Origin: Nitrospirota bacterium
GTDB lineage: Bacteria; Nitrospirota; Nitrospiria; Nitrospirales; Nitrospiraceae
Length of the DNA: 64,000 bases
Reading direction: 5' to 3'
Assembly (NCBI GenBank): GCA_963703955.1
Contig: CAVPGK010000006.1
Coordinates: 64,001-128,000 of the forward strand
Position numbers and translations under genes: made by a program. Of this stretch, positions 43,482 to 54,894 are shown one piece after another (within the stretch, counting starts at the first letter, position 1; each line of letters begins with the position of its first letter). The notes beneath the pieces were generated by a model. It saw nothing but the letters and a program-made list of their open reading frames with translations. It was not told the origin of the DNA and did no database searches.

Positions 43482-44750
43482 GTGCCGATTGGCAATAACT
43501 TCCAGCATGCCATCTATTCCCGCTCCGATCCAGGAAACCGGGTCGGATACCGGGAATACACCGTAGGCGCTCCTCCCGACTCGCCGGCCTGGCAGGACGC
43601 GATGGGAGCCTTTGGCACACAATTGGCTGGTGCCGGCGTTCGCGCTATCTTGTTCCTACACGGCACCTTATTCAGTACCGACCCATTTGGTGTCCAGCGC
43701 TTGGACGAGGCTGGCGGTCTCAAACGCGGTTATTCCCGGGGCATACCCGGCGTCGACGCCTTGCTCGCCCTCATGCGGGACGAAACGAACGGGTTGCCTC
43801 GACTACAAGGCGGGTTGACACCGCCCTTCCAAGATGATGATAAGGTTAAGCAATTGCTCGATGAGCAGGCCGGGGACGCCGCAAACTTCTCCTTGGCCTA
43901 TATCAACCTGTTCGGCAAAGCCATCAATCGACAAGTCGCGGCGCCGATCCCCTGCTCCCGACTCATCTGGTCTTGTGAACATCACCACCTCGGTCGCGCC
44001 CATGCGGCTGTCCGCCTGATTCACCGGCTGAAAACCTTCTGCGACGAACTCACACTCCGTGCCGGAGACCGCATCCTGATCCAGGCACATGGTCAGGCAG
44101 GATTGTTGCTGGCGCTGGTTTCCAACCTTTTGGTTTCGGGCGATTCATCGGACAAGGAACGATTCTTTCAAGCCCTGATATCCGGGGCAGCACCGGATGT
44201 GACGGAAAACATTCAGCGAATCGAAGGCTTGATCCGATCAGGCGATGCCTTGAACGGCGTATCGCTTGATGTCGTCACACTCGGCACACCCGTGCGCTAT
44301 GGCTGGGACCCGGCGGGGGTCGGCAAGCTGCTCCATATCGTCAATCACCGCCCGATGCGCGCTGATGGAAAACGATGGCTTGCCAAGATGGAGTTGCCGC
44401 AGATCACGATGGAGATGCCGATTGCCTGGGGCGGTGATTATGTCCAGCAGCTAGCCGTGGCGGGAACCGACGCGGTCCCGGCTTCCACAGAAGCCAAAGC
44501 CGCGAACAAAGCCTTCTGGGAACTCCTGGAACCATTCGATGGATTCGAGCGCTGGCTGGAATGCGCCCGTAAGAGCGTCCGCTGCCAGAACGATGGCTTA
44601 TGTCTCTTGGTGGACTACAAAGACGCGAGGTCTAACAATACCCGAGACCACATCTACGGCCACGCCGCCTACACCCGCATGAACGCGATGCTGTTCAACA
44701 CGACAGAGATCATAGGCGCTTTGTATCGTCCACCATTGGAAGTTAGTTAA
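43482..44750 (+). CDS. Hypothetical alpha/beta-hydrolase-like protein
   Basis: LFLHGT, IQAHGQAG, VVTLGTPVRYGW, GH..Y near the C-terminus. Confidence 0.65.
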   Translation: MPIGNNFQHAIYSRSDPGNRVGYREYTVGAPPDSPAWQDAMGAFGTQLAGAGVRAILFLHGTLFSTDPFGVQRLDEAGGLKRGYSRGIPGVDALLALMRDETNGLPRLQGGLTPPFQDDDKVKQLLDEQAGDAANFSLAYINLFGKAINRQVAAPIPCSRLIWSCEHHHLGRAHAAVRLIHRLKTFCDELTLRAGDRILIQAHGQAGLLLALVSNLLVSGDSSDKERFFQALISGAAPDVTENIQRIEGLIRSGDALNGVSLDVVTLGTPVRYGWDPAGVGKLLHIVNHRPMRADGKRWLAKMELPQITMEMPIAWGGDYVQQLAVAGTDAVPASTEAKAANKAFWELLEPFDGFERWLECARKSVRCQNDGLCLLVDYKDARSNNTRDHIYGHAAYTRMNAMLFNTTEIIGALYRPPLEVS

Positions 44751-44871
44751 CGCCTTTTTGCATTCACTCAAGAAACTCCGCCGCGCTTTTCGAACCCGTT
44801 ACTTGGCTCTTTCGAAACCCTTGCGCCGCTCACCCTAACCGTCTCCCACCAGAAGCGACGAGCCTTTTCGC

Positions 44872-47554
44872 TTACGGATGCGCTTGACGCCAGTTGCAGC
44901 CCACGCCCAGATCCACTTTCAACGGCACGGTGAGGCCTAGTTGAACGCCGGTCTCTTCCATGATCGACCGGACCAGTTGCTTGGCCTGCTCCACATTTTT
45001 CTCCGGAGTCTCGAAGATCAGCTCGTCGTGGACCTGCAGGATCATCTTGGTCGGGCGCAGCTCGGCCTTCAAGCCGCCGGCTCACCCCAATCATCGCGAC
45101 CTTGATCAGGTCTGCAGCCGAGCCTTGGATGGGATTGTTGATGGCCATGCGCTCGCCGAAACTGCGTTGCATCGCGTCGGGACTGCTCAATTCGGGGATC
45201 GGCCGGCGACGACCGAGAATCGTTGTCACGTAGCCTTGGCGTTTCGCATCGGCAAGGGTCTTGTCCAGAAAAGCCTTCACGCCTGCGTAGCGGGCAAAAT
45301 ACGCCTCGATGTATTCGCGCGCTTTTTGTTGGGAGATACCGAGCGTCGAGGCCAGGCCGAACGGGCTGATTCCGTACAGAATGCCGAATACCACGGTCTT
45401 AGCCACACGGCGCATCTCTTTGGTAATCTGACCCGGCGCGAGATTGAAAATATCGACGGCTGTGGCCATGTGAATATCCTCTCCCAGCGCGAAGACCTGT
45501 ACCAACCGTTCGTCCTGCGAAAGATGCGCCAGGATGCGCGGTTCGACCTGACTATAGTCGGCTGAGATGAGTTGGTAGCCGGGAGCCGCCACGAACGCTT
45601 CACGAATCCGAAGTCCATATTCGCCCTTGACTGGAATATTCTGCAGGTTGGGGTCGGTTGAGGAGAGCCGACCAGTCGCGGCGACGGTCTGATTCAGTGA
45701 AGTGTGGACCCGCCCGGTTTCCGGATTCACGAGCGCCGGTAGCGCGTCCACATAGGTGGACTTGAGCTTGCTGAGGCTGCGGTAGGCCAAGATTTGCGCG
45801 GGCAATTCATGCTGCGTCGCCAATTGCGTGAGCGTCTCTTCATCCGTGGAGTAGCCGGTCTTGGTCTTTCGAAGCGGCTTGAGCCCGAGCTTGTCGAATA
45901 GCACCGTGGCGAGCTGCTTCGGCGAGTTGAAGTTAAATTCCTCTCCGGCCAGCCGCGTAATCGTGTCTGTCATGCGGTCCATCTCGCGCTCGAGTTCCTT
46001 CCCCAGCGCCTCAAGTGCATTCACATCCAGACGGAACCCATTCCGCTCGATGTCCGCCAGCACAGGCACGAGCGGCATTTCCACCTGTTCAAAGAGCTGT
46101 AAACTTCCTTGTTCCGCCAGACGACTCTTCAGGACCGGGACGAGGCGAGCGATGACCGCCGCCGCCTCAGCGGCTTTTCCAGCCGCTGATGTATCGGGTA
46201 CGTCGAACAGATCCTTCGGAGCTTCCTTTGTTTTCTCTGCCTTGCCTGCCCTCAGATGGTAACCCAGTACATCCAACGCCACGGACTCCAATGTGTGCGT
46301 GCGTCGATTCGGGTTAAGCAGGTAGGCCGCGATCATCGTGTCAAACCACGGTGGATCGAGCAGGAGACCTGCTCGGGTCAGAGCCAAGAGCGTTGGTTTC
46401 AAATCGTGAGCCGCTTTGATCCAGGTCGGACCTTTCAGAAGCTCGATGAACGGGGAAGGCAGTGACTGCACGCCTCGCACTGCTGCAAATGCCGACCGTC
46501 CATTGGAAACGCTCAGTGCCAGGCCATGCAGATCAGCCCTCACACCGGCAGGTCCTTTCAAGATGCAATAAACCGCCAGCTCATTCCGTTTTTCCGTCTC
46601 ATTCACCGCTTCCACGAACCGCCGCGCGCCCGCCTCATCATGAACGATCTCAGCATCAACGCCCAGCGCTTCTGATGACGACGCCGGCTGGATCATCTTG
46701 AGCAGGGTCGGAAACTCCAGCTCGCGAAGGAGCGCGATCAATGGCTCGGCAGGCGGTGGGGCCATCAGATAGGCGTCGCAATCGAATGCGACCGGGCAAT
46801 CGATCTGGATCGTCGCCAGACGCCGGCTGAGACGCGCGTTCTCGGCCTGCTCGATCAGCAAGGCTTTGGTCTTTTGAGGTGTCACTTCCTCGATTCTGCG
46901 CAGGAGTTCTTCGATCGTCCCAAACTCGGTGATGAGTTTGATGGCTGTCTTCTCCCCGATCCCCTTCACACCGGGAATGTTGTCGATCGCATCGCCCATA
47001 AGCCCCATGACTTCCACGACCCGCGCCGGCTCGACGCCAAAGCGCTCCCGGCATTCGGCCTCGCCGAACCACTTGTCCTTCACGGGATCGTAGATCCGCA
47101 CCGCCGGGGTCAGGAGCTGAAACATATCCTTGTCACTGGTGACGATGATCACATCAAGCCCTGCTGTTTCGGCCTTGCGGGCCAAGGTCCCGATCAGGTC
47201 GTCCGCTTCGTAGCCGGACTGCCGAACCACAGGCAGGGCCATCGCCTCCACCACACGATGAATCAACGGAATCTGCGTCTGCATGCCCTGCGGCATTTCC
47301 GGGCGCTGCGCCTTGTACTCCTTGTATTCGTCGTGCCGGAGCGTCGGACCCTTTTCATCGAAGACCACCGCCAGGCAGTCCGGCTTGTGCTCACGCAGGA
47401 TTTTCATCAGCATCGTCGTGAAGCCGTAGACGGCATTGGTCTGCACGCCCTTGGAGTTCGAAAGCGGAGGCAGGGCGAAGAAGGCGCGGTAGATGTACGC
47501 GCTTCCGTCAATCAGATACAGCGTCTTTCGCGCGATCGGCTCGGAATTCGCCAT
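44872..47554 (-). CDS. polA: DNA polymerase I, +1 frameshift at ~45073 ahead of motif C (probable sequence error)
   Basis: LIDGS, EADD, DNIPGVKGIG, TGRLSS, ADYSQVE; MILQVHDELIFE sits in the other frame (44872-45072). Confidence 0.95.
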
Positions 47555-47574
47555 GGTCTGGGACTTCAAGGAGG

Positions 47575-47985
47575 TCAGTGACGGTCCGTCACGGTCAATG
47601 GCGGTTTGCCGAATTTCTCTCGAAGCTTGTTGATGGTTTTCAGCATGGTGGGCTGCCCGATCAGCTTCCGCTCAAGCGCGCGCTTCCCGGGAAAGTCCAA
47701 CATTGAGATCCCAATGAGCATCGTCAAAATCCCCTGCCCTGGCAGAAACAGCATGGCTACGCCGGCCAGAAAAAAAATGATGCCGACCGCGTTCTTGACG
47801 ACATGCCCGATCAGCCGGAGTACCGGATGGTGGTTCTCCATCCACCTTCTAGGATGGCGCTCGTCAAAGTAGTTGGCAGGGAGCCGGATGAGGATCCATG
47901 GAATGGCGATCAGGCTACCAAGAAATCCGACGACTGAGAGCACGAACAGCATTAGCAGAACATCTTTTGAGAACAGGGCCTCCAT
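47575..47985 (-). CDS. PGPGW-like membrane protein
   Basis: LPANYF, KN..G, MLFLPGQGILT, DFPGK. Confidence 0.75.
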   Translation of the reverse strand: MEALFSKDVLLMLFVLSVVGFLGSLIAIPWILIRLPANYFDERHPRRWMENHHPVLRLIGHVVKNAVGIIFFLAGVAMLFLPGQGILTMLIGISMLDFPGKRALERKLIGQPTMLKTINKLREKFGKPPLTVTDRH

Positions 47986-48072
47986 CAGCGGGCATCCTAG
48001 CATGGTCCGCGAGCAAAACGTAATAGGCATGGGGTGTCACGCGTCCGCCTGGCCTGTTTAAATTTTTTATTT

Positions 48073-48095
48073 TGCCCGAACGGGCAGGCTATAAT
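48073..48095 (+). promoter_or_regulatory. hutH promoter (-10 TATAAT) with adjacent palindrome
   Basis: TGCCCG-AA-CGGGCA, then TATAAT ending 8 nt before the ATG. Confidence 0.55.
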
Positions 48096-48103
48096 CAGTC
48101 CCT

Positions 48104-49660
48104 ATGGCGACCGCCCATCGCACCGCCGTTTGGTTGACCGGGGAGGATTTAACGATTCCGCAATTTTACGCAGTGGCCCTTGAGGGACGGAAGGCCCGGC
48201 TGGCTTCGACAGCCAAGCGGCGGATGGCGACCGCGAACCGTGTGGTTCGCGACGTTGCGACCCGACCCGATCCGGTCTATGGCGTCACAACGGGATTCGG
48301 CAAATTGGCCGATCAGCGGATCTCGCGATCCGACATTGCTCAGCTTCAACTGAACCTGGTGCGCAGTCATGCGGCCGGCGTCGGTGACCCATTGACGCGA
48401 GAAGAAACGCGAGGGATCATGCTGTTGCGGGCCAATGTCCTGGCTCGTGGGCATAGTGGGGCTCGGCCGGTAGTGGTGGAACACCTCCTTACGTTGCTGA
48501 ACCGAGAGGTGTTACCGGTGATTCCCTGTCGGGGCTCAGTCGGAGCCAGTGGGGACCTCTCCCCACTCGCCCATTTGGCGCTTCCCCTCATCGGCGAAGG
48601 CGAAGCGTGGGTCGAGGGAAGGAGGCGATCGGGCCAGGCGGCGCTGGCACACGCAGGATTAAAGCCGCTTCGATTAGAGGCCAAAGAAGGCCTCTCGCTT
48701 GTGAACGGAACACAAGCCATGCTGGCCCTTGGCCTGCTCGCGCTGCGCCGGGCCGAGCGACTCGTGGATGCGGCCGACGTGGCCGGAGCCCTGACCGTGG
48801 AGGCGCTCAAAGGCACCCCCGTGGCCTTTGAACCCCGCATCCATAAGCTTAGGCCCTACCCGGGCCAGCAAACCGTGGCGGGCAATCTCTTGGCCATGAT
48901 GGCCGAGAGTGAAATTCGGGTGTCCCATCTGGCCTGTCCCCGCGTCCAGGACGCCTACAGCTTGCGATGCATGCCGCAAGTTCATGGAGCCGTTCGAGAC
49001 GCGCTCGATTACGTGCGCAAGACCCTGGGCATCGAGATCAACAGCGTCACCGATAACCCGATCGTATTTCCGGACGAGGGTGAGGTCGTGTCCGGCGGAA
49101 ACTTCCACGGCCAGCCGCTTGGTTTGGTCCTCGACCATCTGGCCATCGCCGTCACGGAGTTGGCCAGTATCTCCGAACGCCGGATTGAGCGGTTGATCAA
49201 TCCTGAGTACGGTGATCTGCCTCCGTTCTTGACCCCGGATCCCGGCCTCAATTCAGGCTTTATGCTGGCCCAGGTCACAGCGGCGGCGCTGGCGTCTGAA
49301 AACAAGGTCCTGTCCCACCCGGCTTCGGTCGATTCCATCCCTACCTCCGGCAATCAAGAAGACCACGTCAGCATGGGAATGGGATCGGCGCTGAAGCTCA
49401 AGCAGGTCCTTTCGAATACCGAACACATCCTTGGGGTTGAGCTTCTCTGCGCAGCCCAGGGTGTGGAATTTCATCATCCGTTGAAAGCAGGGGTGGGAAG
49501 TCGGCGAACGATGCGGGCGATTCGCCGGATAGTCCCTCGTCTGAGCCAGGATCGCGTGCTGGCGCCGGATATCGAAAAGATTCGTACCCTAGTCACGTGC
49601 GGCGAATTGAGCCGCATCCTGTCGACCGTGGCGACAGTGAACACCACTCGCGATCACTGA
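48104..49660 (+). CDS. hutH: Histidine ammonia-lyase
   Basis: YGVTTGFG, SVGASGDL (MIO), QDAYSLRC, SGGNFHG, NQEDHVSM. Confidence 0.97.
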   Translation: MATAHRTAVWLTGEDLTIPQFYAVALEGRKARLASTAKRRMATANRVVRDVATRPDPVYGVTTGFGKLADQRISRSDIAQLQLNLVRSHAAGVGDPLTREETRGIMLLRANVLARGHSGARPVVVEHLLTLLNREVLPVIPCRGSVGASGDLSPLAHLALPLIGEGEAWVEGRRRSGQAALAHAGLKPLRLEAKEGLSLVNGTQAMLALGLLALRRAERLVDAADVAGALTVEALKGTPVAFEPRIHKLRPYPGQQTVAGNLLAMMAESEIRVSHLACPRVQDAYSLRCMPQVHGAVRDALDYVRKTLGIEINSVTDNPIVFPDEGEVVSGGNFHGQPLGLVLDHLAIAVTELASISERRIERLINPEYGDLPPFLTPDPGLNSGFMLAQVTAAALASENKVLSHPASVDSIPTSGNQEDHVSMGMGSALKLKQVLSNTEHILGVELLCAAQGVEFHHPLKAGVGSRRTMRAIRRIVPRLSQDRVLAPDIEKIRTLVTCGELSRILSTVATVNTTRDH

Positions 49661-49669
49661 AAGGGGCCG

Positions 49670-50044
49670 ATGATGAATGGTCTCACTGTGCATCCAGTCG
49701 TTCCGGCTCTCCTCGGTCTCATGCTCTTCAGTCATTCCTGGCTCGCCTCGGTCGGTGCCGCAGAGCCACCCTCTCTGTTGGTTGCCGCAGACGAAGACCT
49801 GCAGGTTGAGGTGATGAAGAAGGGGCTCGGGAAGGAGGTTTCGATCAAAAAGGGGACCAAAGAGTGGTTCATGCTCGTCGAGGTCACGCCGGAGAACACG
49901 GTCGTCATCCGCCAGGAGAAAGACAACGAGACCTATCTCGTCGATGAAAGCGAAACCCACGATCGCCCTCTAACCAGCGCTGAAGTCGATACGGTGATCG
50001 ACGACTTCATCAATAGCGTCAAGACCCAAGCGAAACGAAAATGA
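49670..50044 (+). CDS. Exported hypothetical protein
   Basis: Signal peptide; acidic beta-rich mature region; ATGA overlap with hutU. Confidence 0.7.
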   Translation: MMNGLTVHPVVPALLGLMLFSHSWLASVGAAEPPSLLVAADEDLQVEVMKKGLGKEVSIKKGTKEWFMLVEVTPENTVVIRQEKDNETYLVDESETHDRPLTSAEVDTVIDDFINSVKTQAKRK

Positions 50045-51696
50045 CCGGTTCCATCAAAGCCACGCACGGCGTTGAGTTGACCTGCAAAGGATGGGCGCAG
50101 GAGGCGGCTCTCCGCATGCTGATGAACAATCTGGACGATGAGGTGGCGGAGAACCCACGTGACTTGATTGTGTACGGCGGCGCAGGGAAAGCCGCTCGAA
50201 ACTGGGACGCCTATGCGGCCATTGTCCGGGAGCTGACGGCGTTGGAGGGCGACCAGACGCTGCTCATTCAATCAGGCAAGCCGGTCGGTGTGCTCAGAAC
50301 CCACGAATTTGCCCCGCGTGTGCTGATCGCCAACTCCAACCTCGTGGGGCATTGGGCAACATGGGACGAATTTCGCCGCCTCGAGGCATTGGGCCTGATC
50401 ATGTATGGGCAGATGACCGCCGGGTCCTGGATGTACATCGGTACGCAGGGGATCGTACAAGGGACGTTCGAAACTTTCGCCGCTGCCGCTTCGCGGCATT
50501 TTGACGGAGACCTGTCAGGTCGGTTTGTCTTGACTGGCGGGATGGGCGGCATGGGTGGAGCCCAACCCTTGGCGGCAACGATGAACGGGGCTGCGATCCT
50601 CTGTGTCGAGGTGAACCCGACGAAGATTGAACGGCGGATCAAGACTCGCTATTGCGATCGGATGACCGGTTCATTGGAGGAAGGGTTGAAATGGGTTGTG
50701 GCAGCCAAGACTCGGCGCGAGCCATTGTCTGTCGGACTCATCGGGAATTGCGCCGAGGTGTACCCGGACCTCGTTCGACGAGGGGTCGTGCCCGATGTGG
50801 TGACGGATCAGACCTCCGCCCATGACCCGCTGAACGGCTACGTCCCTACCGGGCTTTCGCTGGAGGATGCCGCGAGACTTCGAACGAAGAGCCCGACTGA
50901 CTATACGGACCGTTCCATGGATTCCATGGCGCAGCATGTCCGAGCCATGCTGGCGTTTCAACGCGCCGGATCGGTCGTGTTCGACTACGGGAACAACATC
51001 CGGACGATGGCCTTTCAGCGTGGCGTGGCGGATGCGTACGCTATCCCGGGTTTTGTTCCCGCTTACATCCGGCCACTGTTCTGCGAGGGACGTGGGCCGT
51101 TTCGCTGGATTGCATTGTCCGGTGATCCGTCTGACATCGCCGAGACCGATCAGGCTGCGCTCGACCTATTTCCTCAGAATCATTCACTCGCCCGATGGCT
51201 CAGGCTCGCTCGCGAGCGCGTTCTCTTTCAGGGCTTACCGGCCCGCATCTGTTGGCTCGGGCAAGGTGAGCGGGCCGCCATGGGGCTGCGTATCAATGAG
51301 CTGGTGAGTCGTGGAATAGTGAAGGCTCCGGTGGTGATCGGCCGCGACCACCTGGATGGCGGGTCGGTTGCGTCTCCGTATCGCGAAACCGAAGCCATGC
51401 GAGACGGCAGCGATGCGATTGCGGATTGGCCCATTCTCAACGCTCTTCTGAACACGGCGTCCGGGGCAAGCTGGGTGTCGTTCCACCACGGGGGAGGGGT
51501 GGGCATCGGGTATTCCCTGCATGCGGGGCAGGCGACTGTTGTGGATGGAACAACAGAGTCCGCAAGGAAAATTGAGCGCGTGCTGACCAATGACCCGGCT
51601 CTCGCCATTCTGCGCCACGCCGACGCCGGCTACCCGGAAGCGGTTGAAGCGGCCAAACGGCACGGTCTGCGCGTGTCGCTTCGTCCTTCCTCCTAG
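50041..51696 (+). CDS. hutU: Urocanate hydratase
   Basis: [41 protein letters not shown]. Confidence 0.98.
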   Translation: MTGSIKATHGVELTCKGWAQEAALRMLMNNLDDEVAENPRDLIVYGGAGKAARNWDAYAAIVRELTALEGDQTLLIQSGKPVGVLRTHEFAPRVLIANSNLVGHWATWDEFRRLEALGLIMYGQMTAGSWMYIGTQGIVQGTFETFAAAASRHFDGDLSGRFVLTGGMGGMGGAQPLAATMNGAAILCVEVNPTKIERRIKTRYCDRMTGSLEEGLKWVVAAKTRREPLSVGLIGNCAEVYPDLVRRGVVPDVVTDQTSAHDPLNGYVPTGLSLEDAARLRTKSPTDYTDRSMDSMAQHVRAMLAFQRAGSVVFDYGNNIRTMAFQRGVADAYAIPGFVPAYIRPLFCEGRGPFRWIALSGDPSDIAETDQAALDLFPQNHSLARWLRLARERVLFQGLPARICWLGQGERAAMGLRINELVSRGIVKAPVVIGRDHLDGGSVASPYRETEAMRDGSDAIADWPILNALLNTASGASWVSFHHGGGVGIGYSLHAGQATVVDGTTESARKIERVLTNDPALAILRHADAGYPEAVEAAKRHGLRVSLRPSS

Positions 51697-51707
51697 ACTC
51701 TTCCGTC

Positions 51708-51737
51708 TTGTCACACTTCTGTTCGGAGCGCTATAAT
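51708..51737 (+). promoter_or_regulatory. sigma70-type promoter
   Basis: TTGTCA-N18-TATAAT. Confidence 0.6.
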
Positions 51738-51762
51738 CCGACCGCCACTCAGAGGAGCCGTT

Positions 51763-52182
51763 GTGAAACACAAACCTCGCTTCGTCATCTTCGCGCACAA
51801 CGCGACCTACGATAAATTGCACCAGGTCGCGACCATAGGGCTGACTGCATCCGCGATGGGCAAGGACGTGATCGTCGTCCTTCTCTTTTGGACGATCAAA
51901 AAGCTGGCCTCAGGGCAGATTGACGCGGTGGATTTTCCGCCTGAGTACAGCGGATCTGCCGACGAGGTCCGACGCTTGCTCAAAGAAAAGAAAGTGCCCA
52001 AAATTTCCGAGATGTTCGACGAAGCTCGGCAGGCTGGTCACTTTCGTCTCGTAGCCTGCAGCGCGGGGCTTGAGTACATGGGCGTAGATCCGGAGGCTGT
52101 GGCCAAGAACGTCGATGACGTGATGGGACTTCCGGCCATCCTGAATCTCACATCAGGCGCTGAAACGACCCTCTTTATTTAA
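51763..52182 (+). CDS. DsrE/DrsH-like (peroxiredoxin-family) protein
   Basis: ASAMG..V...FW, LVACS, TLFI C-terminus. Confidence 0.8.
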   Translation: MKHKPRFVIFAHNATYDKLHQVATIGLTASAMGKDVIVVLLFWTIKKLASGQIDAVDFPPEYSGSADEVRRLLKEKKVPKISEMFDEARQAGHFRLVACSAGLEYMGVDPEAVAKNVDDVMGLPAILNLTSGAETTLFI

Positions 52183-52186
52183 GTAG

Positions 52187-52272
52187 GATTTGCTGATTTG
52201 TTGATCTGGTGAGTGAATGATTTCTGAATTTGGGCAACATTGAAAATCAACAAATCATAAAATCACCAAATC
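52187..52272. repeat. Inverted array of 8-bp short tandem repeats
   Basis: GATTTGCT GATTTGTT GATCTGGT ... AAATCAAC AAATCATA AAATCACC AAATC. Confidence 0.8.
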
Positions 52273-52281
52273 GTGCTTTCT

Positions 52282-52939
52282 TCACCGCGACCTTACCACC
52301 CCGATCCGATCACAATACATGGTCAGCTTGCAGCGGCTGCAGTAGGGGGAAACCGGTTGGCACACGTTCTGTCCGAATGGCACGAGCAAGTCGTTGAACG
52401 TGATCCAATACTTCGCGGGCAATTTGCGAGAGAGCACCTGTTCGGTTTGCTCCGGGGTCTTCGTCTTCACATAGCCCCACCGATTGCTGATCCGGTGAAC
52501 GTGGACGTCGACGCAGATACCCGGCTTTCCATAGCCCACCGTCACGACGAGGTTAGCCGTCTTGCGTCCCACGCCCGGCAGGGTCAGCAGGTCGTCGATC
52601 GAATCCGGCACGCAACCGTCATAGGTTTCAAGAAGACGCCGGCAGATCTCCTGAATCTGTTTCGATTTGGTTCGATAAAATCCAACCGGATAGATGGCTT
52701 TCTGAATCTTGGGCAGGGGGAGTCGCACCATCGAAGCCGGATCGGACTGCCAAGGTAAAAAGTCTGTGGCTGGCCTCTGCAGTTGTCCGATCCTTCGTTC
52801 GCAGGCTGAGCACACAGGCGATTAGGATGCAAAACGGATCACGGGACTCCTTGGCGACCACTCCAACGACGGGTTCCTGCCACCGACGCACCGCTCGCCG
52901 GAGGATCCGAAGAGCGTCGTGAATCTCTTCCGGTCGCAT
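52282..52939 (-). CDS. nth: Endonuclease III, +1 frameshift at ~52748
   Basis: DPF.ILIACVLSLRTKD in one frame; LPGVGRKTAN, VDVHVHR, C-x6-C-x2-C-x5-C in the other. Confidence 0.93.
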
Positions 52940-52995
52940 CGAGGATTCCGCTACCAGAGTGGAAAATCAGAAAACGGGGAAAGAAGCCGTGAGGA

Positions 52996-53190
52996 CTAAT
53001 CGGGGCGGCGTTTTGCAAGCCACTTTTGACGCCGCCGTTGCGCTTCGCGTTGCTTCGCCTTCTTGCGGACGCTGGGTTTTTCATAAAACCGGCGCCTCTT
53101 CAGTTCCCGGAACAAGCCCTCGCCCGCTAACTTTTTCTTTGCAACCTTCAACGCCTTTTCAACGTTGTTATTGAAGACCTTGATTTCCAT
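52996..53190 (-). CDS. rpsU: 30S ribosomal protein S21
   Basis: EKALK, RRFYEKPSVRKK. Confidence 0.96.
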   Translation of the reverse strand: MEIKVFNNNVEKALKVAKKKLAGEGLFRELKRRRFYEKPSVRKKAKQREAQRRRQKWLAKRRPD

Positions 53191-53271
53191 CGTCTCTGCT
53201 TTCGGTTATTGCGGAGCTTGCCGCTCAATTAGCTAATGAATTTCATACTTTGGGGGAGCGAGACGAGTCTA

Positions 53272-54825
53272 TCATAGGCGTCTCAGTTCTACAAGGCTCT
53301 GCTCGATCTCCCTGATTCGGTCGACAGACTTTCTCAGAACATCTTGATTTCTAATTGATTTTAGGTTTGTTTTGACATTTTCAAGTCCCCCCTCGATTGC
53401 CGCCAGCGCCATCAACAGGCCTACCTTGAGATCAGAGGCCACCGAGGGCTTCGCTAAAGGGATGAGATTGCGCAAGAGCGACGCCGTTTCAGTCGACAAC
53501 GTCGCGGTCTCTAATGGCACCTCCGTGGCGGTCGCGAGATTCGCAGAAATCGTGGTCGCTCTGGCAGGATCCTCCTTGGGCATTCGATATGCCGCCACAA
53601 CACCGGCGTAAGCATCCGCATCGGACTGTATCAAGTGTTGGAGGTCGGCTCTCAGCGCCAGAAGTCGCTGTTCCACCGCGACCAATTCGGGTGCCGCAGC
53701 CGTTTGGGTCGGCTTGCCAGAATCAGCAGGAGGACCAATCCTACAAACCATGATCCCCAATGCGGCCGCAACCGCTCCGGCAAACGCCGCGACGCTCCCT
53801 CCACCGGGCGTTGGTGTTCCAGCCGACACCGCCTCCAGAAAGGAGGAAACGGACACATCGAGGGATTGGGTGCTGCCGGCTGGAGTCCTATCGTCTCCTG
53901 CCGCGTGCTTCGATTCACGAGCCAACACTAGCTCTAAACGAGTCTCCAATACCTGAGTCGGATCGAAATGTTCGAGCTTGAGGAAGGATCCCGACACCTG
54001 TATCAGAGCTCGCTGGGGGACCAGCCCGATCACTTCGCTTCCGACGACCTCCACACCACGAAGGTTTGCCTCCCGCGCCACAGCTCCAAACGCCACATGG
54101 ATCGGCGTCTCTTCGAAATTCGTCAGGTTCATTGAGACCTGCACGAGGCTGCGGCTTTTCAATTCCACACCGATCGCTTTCACATAGGGCAACCCACCGC
54201 TGGAGAATCTGACCGTCTTGGCAATCGCTTTGGCTACAGAAAGGTCATTGGTCTGCAGATTGACGTTGTAGGCGATCAACGGTGGCCTCGCGCCCACAAC
54301 CGTCGCCCCCGCAGTGGCATGGAGATGCGGCGGACCGAAATCCGGCGCCCAGGCTTTGTCGGTTTGCATACGCTCGGCAAGCCCTTCCAGCCCTCCTCGC
54401 CGAATAACTTCTAGGTTTGCACGGTCGGATTTGGTTGCTGCCCGTTCGTAGAGAAAGACCGGAACGTTGAGCACGCGTCCGATCCGTTCTCCAACTCGTC
54501 TGGCCAGAGCGACGCAATCCTCCATGGTCACGCCGCGAATCGGCACGAACGGCACCACGTCCGTCGCACCCACGCGCGGATGCCCGCCCTGGTGGACTCG
54601 AAGGTCGATGAGATCGGTCGCCGCGCGAGTCGCCTGGAAGGCTGCTTCAGCGACCGCGTCAGGCGCGCCGACAAAGGTCAGCACCGCCCGGTGATGGTCC
54701 TGATCCATCTCCTCATCAATGAGAAAGACACCCCGCACGGCACGGATGGCCGTCACGAGCGTGCGTACGGTCTCGGCGTTACGTCCTTCGCTGAAATTCG
54801 GCACACATTCAACAAGCGATTCCAT
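53272..54825 (-). CDS. ftcD: Glutamate formimidoyltransferase fused to formiminotetrahydrofolate cyclodeaminase
   Basis: VECVPNFSEGR, HPRVGATDVVPF, PTPGGGSVAA, D..AY. Confidence 0.93.
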   Translation of the reverse strand: MESLVECVPNFSEGRNAETVRTLVTAIRAVRGVFLIDEEMDQDHHRAVLTFVGAPDAVAEAAFQATRAATDLIDLRVHQGGHPRVGATDVVPFVPIRGVTMEDCVALARRVGERIGRVLNVPVFLYERAATKSDRANLEVIRRGGLEGLAERMQTDKAWAPDFGPPHLHATAGATVVGARPPLIAYNVNLQTNDLSVAKAIAKTVRFSSGGLPYVKAIGVELKSRSLVQVSMNLTNFEETPIHVAFGAVAREANLRGVEVVGSEVIGLVPQRALIQVSGSFLKLEHFDPTQVLETRLELVLARESKHAAGDDRTPAGSTQSLDVSVSSFLEAVSAGTPTPGGGSVAAFAGAVAAALGIMVCRIGPPADSGKPTQTAAAPELVAVEQRLLALRADLQHLIQSDADAYAGVVAAYRMPKEDPARATTISANLATATEVPLETATLSTETASLLRNLIPLAKPSVASDLKVGLLMALAAIEGGLENVKTNLKSIRNQDVLRKSVDRIREIEQSLVELRRL

Positions 54826-54894
54826 AGCTCTCCGTCTTATGCACGCAGCTCTTAGCCATCGGCGTCAGCAAAGATAAAACCGCCATCAGGGAAT

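Noticed and set aside
24541..52939. Programmed +1 ribosomal frameshifting in nusA, polA, nth and the spermidine-synthase-like gene
   Set aside because: No shared slippery sequence or stimulator at the four sites; sequencing error is simpler
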